This document shows, in pieces, positions 57,292-64,000 of a DNA stretch of 64,000 nt (within the stretch, counting starts at the first letter, position 1; each line of letters starts with the position of its first letter). The notes under the pieces were generated by a model. That model was not told the origin of the DNA. It saw nothing but the letters and a program-made list of their open reading frames with translations, and searched no databases. A program made the translations under genes and the position numbers. Source of the DNA: Candidatus Multivorans sp. (GTDB lineage: Bacteria > Acidobacteriota > Thermoanaerobaculia > Multivoradales > Multivoraceae); NCBI GenBank assembly GCA_965224025.1, contig OZ245033.1, forward strand, positions 576,001 to 640,000, read 5' to 3'.

Positions 57292-58685
57292 CTACTCGAA
57301 GAAGCGAGCCAGCACGACGTAGCGGATGACCAGCAGCGCCATCGCGGCCTCGAACGCGAAGACGACCCAGAGTCCGATGTGGGTCAGCCGCCGGGGCCGG
57401 ATCCGCGGGTCCATCTTCGTTCGCTGGAGCCACAGGGTGGCGCCGCACTGGACCGGCAGAAGGATCGCCGAGGTCAGAGCGCCGACCATGATCAGGACGA
57501 CGAAGTCGGTGACGAAGTAATAGATCCCGAAGGCGGCGAGCGGCAGGAAGACCAGGTAGCCGCGGATGATCTTCTTGCGCAGCGCCAGGTTCGAGCGCTC
57601 GATCAGGCCCATCTCCATCAGGTAGTCGGGGATCGTCCGGCCGCCGCCGCCGGCGCCCGAGAGCACGGTCGAGAACAGGATGAAGAAGGCGCCGATGGCG
57701 AAGATCCACACCGCCCACAGGCCGAGGGTCTGGGTGAAGATGTTGGAGAGCGCGCCGATCGTCTCGTCGTTGCCCTCGGGCGTCAGCCCCATCTTGTTCA
57801 GCACCCCGGCGCCGAGGACGTAGTAGGGGATCGTGGCGCAGGTGACGACGATGAGCGCCAGCCAGACGTCGGTGTGGAGCACCCGCATCCAGCCCCGCGC
57901 GTGGGACTCCCAGTTGGGGTCGCTGCGGTCCGCGCCGAGCAGGCTCGGGTAGCCCTTCTCGACGCACCAGTAGGTGTAGGAGGAGATGTCGCCCGAGGTC
58001 GTGCCCGTGTAGCCGTAGGCGGAGAGGGCCAGGGCCGCGAACACGACGAAGAGCGTCATGTCCGGCTTCATGCCGCCCAGAATCTCGCCGGGCGTCGTGC
58101 GGACTCCGTGAACTGCATCGCGACGAGGCAGACCAGGGTGCAGAAGGTGAACGCGATGACCAGGGGCACCATGACCCGCTCCAGCCACTTGTAGGAGCCG
58201 GTGCCGAGGATGATCGAGCCGGCGACGGCGATGAGGAACGTGCAGAGGACCCCGCCGATCTCGACGTTCGCCAGCGAGGCGAGGAAGGACATCGACTGGC
58301 CGGCGCCGCCGATGATGCCGCCGAGGCCCATCGTCCCCGGGACGTAGGCGAGCAAGCCGAGCCAGATCGGCCACGAGATCCGCCAGATACGCCCCGGCAG
58401 CCGGTTGATCGCACGCAGGTAGGTGTCGCCCGACTCGATCGTGTAGCGCGCCAACTCCGCCTGCACCAGGGACTTGCACCAGCACGACAGGAGCATCCAC
58501 CACAGCAGTGTGAAGCCGGCGGCGGCGCCCAGGCTGGTCGTGAGCACCAGTTCCCCCGTGCCGATCGCGGCGCCGGTGACGATCAGACTCGGTCCCAGGT
58601 ACTTCAGCCGGTCCCGGAACCTCACCGGCGGGGCCACGGCCTCGCCGTGGCGGACGGTGTACGGATCGAGTACTTGATTGGCCAG
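57292..58685 (-). CDS. Nramp-like divalent metal transporter (frameshift at about 58104)
   Basis: LGPSLIVTG..IGTGEL, GSYKWLER, YTYWCVEKGY, FF.LFST; the two ORFs join with one added base; start uncertain (58637 or upstream). Confidence 0.82.
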
Positions 58686-58871
58686 AAGGGGCTTCCGGAG
58701 CGTCTGGGGGCGCTGTGGAAGCGCCGGTCTGGGGTGGGTGCGGAGGGAGGGTATCAGCCGCGCCGCCGCCTCTTCCGCTCCGACGAAGGACGACGCCTGA
58801 GCCTCTCAACGCCGGTGGCCAGTGACGGATAGTGTCGGGGCGATGAAACCCACAGACATCCGGATCAGGCA

Positions 58872-59939
58872 ATGAGAGCGGTGTTCTCCCTCGTGGCCCT
58901 CTCCCTCACCGCCTCCCTGACCGCCCTGTCCTGCGCGGCCCCCGACGCCGAGCCCGCATCCGCCACCGACGCCGCCGCACCAGTCCGCGTCGAACGCCTC
59001 CTCGGCGCCCCCATCGTCGGCCCGGGCCTCGACCCGAGCCTCGGCGAGAACATCCAGGGGCCGTCACTCATCCTCGTGCCCGACTGGGTTGCCGACCCGC
59101 TCGGCCGCTACTACCTCTACTTCGCCGACCACAAGGGCCACTACATCCGCCTCGCGTACGCCGACGACCTGCTCGGGCCGTGGTCGATCCATGTGCCGGG
59201 CAGCCTGCAGATCGAGCACTCGCACTTTCTGGTCGAGCCGCCGGAGGTGACGCCCGAGATCGTCGCCGAGTGGGAGGCGCGCCGGGGCGTCAAGATCTCC
59301 CACGACATCCAGAAGGAGATCACGGCGACCCACATCGCGTCGCCGGACGTGCACGTGGACGTTGGAGACAAGCGGATCGTCATGTACTTCCACGGCCTGG
59401 AAGGCGTCGGCACCCAGGTCTCCCGGGTCGCCACGTCGACCGACGGCGTCCACTTCGAGGCGCAGCCACAAACGCTGGGCCGCACCTACATGCGCATCTT
59501 CCGCCACGGCGGGTGGACCTACTCCCTGGCCATGCCCGGCCAGTTCTACCGGTCCGCGGACGGCTTCACGAACTTCGAACAGGGGCCGCTGCTGTTCAAC
59601 CCGGACATGCGCCACTCGGCGCTGCTGCTGCGCGGCCAAACGCTGTGGGTGTTCTGGACCCAGGTCGGCGAAGTGCCCGAGCGCATCCTGCTGAGCAGCA
59701 TCGACCTCTCCGACGACTGGATGAGCTGGAGCGAGACCGACCCCGTCGAGGTTCTGCGACCCGAGCGCGACTGGGAGGGCGCCGACGCTCCCCTTGAACC
59801 GTCGGTTCGCAGCACCGCCTACGGTCAGGTCAACCAGTTGCGCGACCCGGCGATCTACGAGGAGGACGACCGCGTCTTCCTGCTCTACGCCGTCGCCGGC
59901 GAGAGCGGCATCGCGATTGCCGAGGTCTTCTTCGAGTGA
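58872..59939 (+). CDS. lipoprotein with glycoside-hydrolase-like beta-propeller features
   Basis: LSC lipobox, GPSL, YYLYFA.H, SPDV, VATSTDG, LRDPAIY. Confidence 0.7.
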   Translation: MRAVFSLVALSLTASLTALSCAAPDAEPASATDAAAPVRVERLLGAPIVGPGLDPSLGENIQGPSLILVPDWVADPLGRYYLYFADHKGHYIRLAYADDLLGPWSIHVPGSLQIEHSHFLVEPPEVTPEIVAEWEARRGVKISHDIQKEITATHIASPDVHVDVGDKRIVMYFHGLEGVGTQVSRVATSTDGVHFEAQPQTLGRTYMRIFRHGGWTYSLAMPGQFYRSADGFTNFEQGPLLFNPDMRHSALLLRGQTLWVFWTQVGEVPERILLSSIDLSDDWMSWSETDPVEVLRPERDWEGADAPLEPSVRSTAYGQVNQLRDPAIYEEDDRVFLLYAVAGESGIAIAEVFFE

Positions 59940-59955
59940 CCCTGGAGCCGCGCCA

Positions 59956-60074
59956 GTGGGTGCGCCGGCGCCGTCGGCGGCATCCGCTCGCAGCGACGCT
60001 ATGTTGGTTGCAGCAGCGAGTATCGCCGGCACCGGCGCCGTACCTGTCGGTGCGCGGGCCTTCTGGCCCGCATC
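59956..60074 (-). repeat. two degenerate REP-like copies
   Basis: GTGGGTGCGCCGG (59956-59968) and GGTGCGCGGGCCTTCTGGCCCGCATC (60049-60074). Confidence 0.65.
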
Positions 60075-61401
60075 CGGTTCCGCTCCGGCTCCTCGCAATC
60101 GCCTTCGCAGTCGCCGCCACCCTTGCCGCCTGCACCCCCGACCAACCCGCCATCGACGGTGCCGGCACAATCACCATCGCCGGCGCCACCCTGATCGACG
60201 GCACCGGCGCGCCGCCGATCGAAGACGCCGTCGTCATCGTCCGCGGCGACCGGATCGAGCGCGCCGGCGCAGCGGCCGATGTCGCGGTTCCCGAGGGCGG
60301 CGAAGTGATCGACGCTACCGGCAAGTTCCTGATCCCCGGTTTGGTCGACCTCCACAACCACTACCGCGACGGCTTGGAGGAATGGGCGTGGGCATTGCAG
60401 CGCCACTCCGGCGTCCTGACCGCCCGCAGTCTCGGCTCCGACCACGGCGGCACCCCGGCGATGATCGCCCAGGCGCGGGCCGGCAACGTCCCGGCGCCGC
60501 GCATCTTCACCGCCGGGGTCGGTTTCTCGCACCCCGAAGGCTTCCCGCCGGGCAAGCGGGGCCCGGCCACCGAAGACGAGGCCCGCGAGATGGTGCGCGA
60601 GCTCGCCGCCGGGGAAGTCGACCTGATCAAGATGTGGGTCGACACCTTCCTCGACACGCGCCCGAAGATCGAGCCCGGGATCCGCGCGGCGATCGCCGAC
60701 GAGGCGGCGCAGCACGGCATCCCGGTTTCGGCGCACGTGTTCTTTGAAGACGACGTCTGGCAACTGGTCGACGCCGGGGTCCGGTCCTTCGTCCACGGCG
60801 TGCGCGACCAGGAGATCGACGACGAGTTCGTGCGGATGGCGCAGGAGAACGAACTCTCCTTCGCACCCGCGCTGGGCCAGGCGAAGACCACCTGGTACGT
60901 CGCCGAGCACCCGGAACTGCTGGACGATCCGGAACTCGTGGCCGGTCTCCAGCCGCCGCTGCTGGAACGCCTCCGCGACCCGGAGTACCGGGCCGGCATG
61001 CTCGCCAGCGACAACACCGGCAAGCGCCGCGTCGCCTTCGACTACGTGACGAAGTTCGTCCGTCGGCTGATCGAAGCCGGAGTCACCATCACGGTCGGCT
61101 CCGACAGCGGCGCCGGCAACATCGCCTACGGCTGGGGCACCCACCACGAGCTGGAAGCCCTGGTCGAGGACGGCGGTCTGACACCGCTCCAGGCCCTCGC
61201 CGCCGCGGGTGCCAACGCCGCTGGCGTCCTTACCGACGACCCCGACTTCGGGTCGATTGCCGAGAGCAAGGCCGCGGACCTGATTCTATTTCAGCCGATC
61301 CCGTGGCCGACATCCGCAACACGACGCAGATCGAGCGCGTGATGCAGGCGGGCGTGTGGCTTGAACGCGGGTTGCCCTCGTTCTCGGAACCGGCGGAATA
61401 G
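60050..61401 (+). CDS. amidohydrolase-family lipoprotein (frameshift at about 61290)
   Basis: LAAC, LIDGTG, IPGLVDLHNH, AH, HG, GSDSG, KAADL; the C-terminus ADPVADIRNTTQIERVMQAGVW is in a shifted frame after a T run. Confidence 0.85.
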
Positions 61402-61476
61402 CAGCGGCTCAGCCCTGGCGACGACGTCCGTCCCTCGGAACCCGAGTGGCGCGATACCGCGCTACCCGCGAACCAG

Positions 61477-61504
61477 TTCGTGTGCCCGTCATCGGGCGCA
61501 CGAA
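61477..61504. terminator. hairpin between convergent genes
   Basis: TTCGTGTGCCCG-TCAT-CGGGCGCACGAA; no U tract. Confidence 0.5.
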
Positions 61505-61562
61505 TGGAACCCGGGAATCCTGCCCGCATCCGGCGCCGAACGCCGGTCTGGTTGGAGACGGT

Positions 61563-62735
61563 CTAGACATGGTCGTTCCCCAGCCGCACCTCGAACACCC
61601 GCAACGTGGGAACCCGCCAATCCGGCGTATGGCTCACGACGTAGACCTGCCGCCGGTCGTCCATGGCGAGGACGGCGTGGTCGAGTCCGTCCTCGAGCAT
61701 CTCCCGGGTCAGAAGGTCGCTCTGCAGGCGGTGGAGCAGTTCGCCGTCGGGCGAGAACGTCTGCATGAGGATCGCGTCGTGCCCTTGATCGAGCCGAACC
61801 CGCAGGAACTGGACCAAGGAACCGCCGCGGGTCGAGAACAGGCCCAGGCTCCTGTGGACGGCCTCGTAGCGAGTGAAGCCGGATCTCGAATAGACGGTGA
61901 CCGCGGCTTTCGATGAAGAATGGCGCGGCGGCGTTGTGGCGCCTCCTTCTATTGCCGGCCGCGGTACGGACAGCGTTTTCGGCGCACTTTTCGTAGTCCC
62001 CAAGTGCTGCAGAGCGGGTCCGGGGGGCTGGTACCCGGTCACGACTCCGCGGAAACGCCACGGGCTGTTCCGGCTCTCCTGGCCGAACAGGTAGATGCTG
62101 CCTTCGTAGTAGGCGGGCGAGTACGCGATCTGGACACTGCCGACTGGAGTGAACGATCCCTTGTTCGAGGAGGCCCGGAAGTGGAGCCCGGGCGTCGGCT
62201 GCTGGTTCAGGGAGAGTTCGGCCGATCCGAACTCGGCTTCGAGTTCCAGCGCCGCCCGGCTTGCCTGGTGGAACAGGAGCCCGCGGGCGTTCAGGTCCGG
62301 TTGGGGCGCATGGGTCCTTGGGGTGCTGTTGTAGAGCAGTAGCAGGGAGTCGGGGCCCCATGGCTTGAGTCGGCTGACGTGCTGGGCGTCCTCGGGAAGA
62401 GTCAGCTCACCGAGGAAGTCTCCAGCGGTTGACCACGAGGACAGTGCGCCCCTCGCGTTGTCGACGATCGCCAGTTCGTCAGGGCCGACGAGCGACATCG
62501 GGCCGATGGCTAGGAACTGGCCCGGATCCCGGCCGCGGGCTCCGAACCGCCGCAACGGCCGGCCGCCACCATCGAACGCCTTGACCGTCATGCTCGCCAT
62601 ATCGGCGACGTAGACGTGGCCGCGACGGTCCACTGTGATCGCGGACGGGTTGCCGAGAACGAAGCCGGGCTCGGAGTCGCTTCCGATCCGTGCCTTCTCC
62701 TCGAGGAAGTCGCCGCGGCCGTCCGGTTCGGTCAT
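61563..62735 (-). CDS. 6-bladed (NHL-like) beta-propeller protein
   Basis: PSAITVDRRGHVYVAD...VKAFD..GR.LRRFG.RG.DPGQF. Confidence 0.75.
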   Translation of the reverse strand: MTEPDGRGDFLEEKARIGSDSEPGFVLGNPSAITVDRRGHVYVADMASMTVKAFDGGGRPLRRFGARGRDPGQFLAIGPMSLVGPDELAIVDNARGALSSWSTAGDFLGELTLPEDAQHVSRLKPWGPDSLLLLYNSTPRTHAPQPDLNARGLLFHQASRAALELEAEFGSAELSLNQQPTPGLHFRASSNKGSFTPVGSVQIAYSPAYYEGSIYLFGQESRNSPWRFRGVVTGYQPPGPALQHLGTTKSAPKTLSVPRPAIEGGATTPPRHSSSKAAVTVYSRSGFTRYEAVHRSLGLFSTRGGSLVQFLRVRLDQGHDAILMQTFSPDGELLHRLQSDLLTREMLEDGLDHAVLAMDDRRQVYVVSHTPDWRVPTLRVFEVRLGNDHV

Positions 62736-63367
62736 TGCTTGAGGATCTTCTCGATCAGAGCTTTCTTCGACGCAACGGGAACAGGGCCCAGCCCCCGGTT
62801 TGCCACCAGCACCCGCACGACGGCCCGGCCACTGGCGGTGTTCGCCACGACCATCTGCCCGAAGTTGCGGTTGCCCTGGAAGTCCGTGAGCAGGCTCTCG
62901 AGCTCGGAAGACGCACGGATCAGGGTGGGCAGATCGATCTCGTGGGCCAGAAGAAACCGCTCTACCTGGTCTTTGTCGTCTTCCAACATCAGGAGCACGG
63001 AGGCGATCCGGCCGCCCGTGATGTCGCGAAACATCCGGTCGAACTCGACCGGGTCGTTGAAGTCCGCCGAATGCGACTGCCGGTTTGCGGTGAAGACCGC
63101 GAGGAACGGCGGGACCTTCGCGAGGGGCGGGTGCTTTCCTACCGGTTTCAGCCCGAGGATTTCACTGGCACGGAGCGGCTCGTCGATCCACTCGTAGTCG
63201 ACTGCGATGAGGTCTTGGCGGTCATCCCCATCGTCGGGATCGGAGTCCGGGCCGGAGGAGATGCCCTGCCTGGTTGAGACCCACCGGGAGCGAGCGATGG
63301 CGGCGATCAGTGCGCAGACGGAGAGGAGGCCGAGAAGAACCGGTAGGAGTTGGTCAAGGCTCGACAC
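62732..63367 (-). CDS. membrane-anchored hypothetical protein
   Basis: N-terminal TM helix; ATGA overlap with the downstream gene. Confidence 0.6.
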   Translation of the reverse strand: MSSLDQLLPVLLGLLSVCALIAAIARSRWVSTRQGISSGPDSDPDDGDDRQDLIAVDYEWIDEPLRASEILGLKPVGKHPPLAKVPPFLAVFTANRQSHSADFNDPVEFDRMFRDITGGRIASVLLMLEDDKDQVERFLLAHEIDLPTLIRASSELESLLTDFQGNRNFGQMVVANTASGRAVVRVLVANRGLGPVPVASKKALIEKILKQ

Positions 63368-63385
63368 TCTGTTCGGCGCGGCTTC

Positions 63386-64000
63386 CTACCGGCACTCCGC
63401 CGACATCACCTCCGACTCGATGATCACGCCGCAGATGTGGCTCGTGTACTCGAAGGGATCGCCGTCGAAGAGGGCGAGGTCGGCGTCCTTGCCGACTTCG
63501 ATCGAGCCGACCCGGTCGTCGATGCCGAGGATGCGGGCCGGGCTCAGAGTGATCGCTTCGAGCGCGCGCTCCTGGCCGAGGCCGTTGGCGGCGGCGATGG
63601 CGGCTTCCCAGAGCAGGACGCGGGTCTTCGGGACGTAGCCCTCGAAACCGGTCTGGAGCGCGAACGGGATGCCGGCGTCGGCGAACTGGGCGGCGGTTTC
63701 GTAGGAACCGTTGCGCACCCGGCTCATCGTCGCGTGGAGGACGACGGGCACGCCGGCCTCGCGGATCTCGTCGAGCAGCAGGTAGGACTCGGCGGCGCCG
63801 TCGAGCACGAGGTCGAAGCCGAACTCGCGCTGCAAGCGCATGGCGGCGGCGATCTCAGGCACGGTGTTGGCGGTGATCAGCAGCGACAGCTCGCCTTCCA
63901 GGACTTGGCCCAGGGCCTCCTTGGCGAGGTCGCGTGCCGGCGGCTGCGGGGCGGGCTTCTCGTCGCCGTCATGGTGACCCTCGGAGTCCTCGTCGTCGCC
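63386..64000 (-). CDS. amidohydrolase-family protein, C-terminal part (5' end outside window)
   Basis: ALEAITLSPARILGIDDRVGSIEVGKDADLALFDGDPF; frame open to the window edge. Confidence 0.88.
   Translation of the reverse strand, partial: GDDEDSEGHHDGDEKPAPQPPARDLAKEALGQVLEGELSLLITANTVPEIAAAMRLQREFGFDLVLDGAAESYLLLDEIREAGVPVVLHATMSRVRNGSYETAAQFADAGIPFALQTGFEGYVPKTRVLLWEAAIAAANGLGQERALEAITLSPARILGIDDRVGSIEVGKDADLALFDGDPFEYTSHICGVIIESEVMSAECR

Noticed and set aside
1-64000. CRISPR array, cas genes, reverse transcriptase systems (retron, DGR, group II intron), prophage
   Set aside because: No regularly spaced repeat-spacer array, and no RT, cas, integrase or phage structural motifs were seen
9195-64000. 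tRNA-Glu-anchored integrative island
   Set aside because: No integrase nearby and no direct repeat of the tRNA 3' end noticed in the window; only the local inverted copy exists

Overview
High-GC bacterial chromosome segment, most consistent with Acidobacteriota (inferred from PadR plus tandem ADOP-type permeases, DUF1501/PSCyt, DUF3500 and the amidase-GerMN-murI-rph cluster). Bases 1-9.2 kb are mostly housekeeping (ATP synthase b', vapBC, PP2C, ftcD, mpl, rph, murI, GerMN, amidase, tRNA-Glu). The rest is an accessory patchwork of exported enzymes, three more toxin-antitoxin-like pairs, gene remnants and a REP/MITE-like repeat family. Main observations: (1) an IS110-family element (22849-24480) whose 5' non-coding end has the layout of a bridge RNA. 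Its target- and donor-binding guides match the flanks and ends visible in this window, it has a CC core and a circle-junction sigma70 promoter, and it sits inside a copy of the host REP-like repeat. (2) An exported UxxC selenoprotein candidate (AhpC/TSA-like domain fused to a DsbD-N domain) that the ORF track splits at its UGA; a SECIS-like hairpin follows. (3) An IS1634 with terminal IRs and a 6-bp TSD splitting a TraB/GumN gene. (4) A 50-bp near-palindromic bidirectional promoter/operator between PadR plus three permeases and an ATPase/adaptor pair. (5) A 58-aa CxxC/CxxC protein missed by the ORF track. Several single-base frameshifts look like long-read assembly errors. All calls are by eye; no searches were run.
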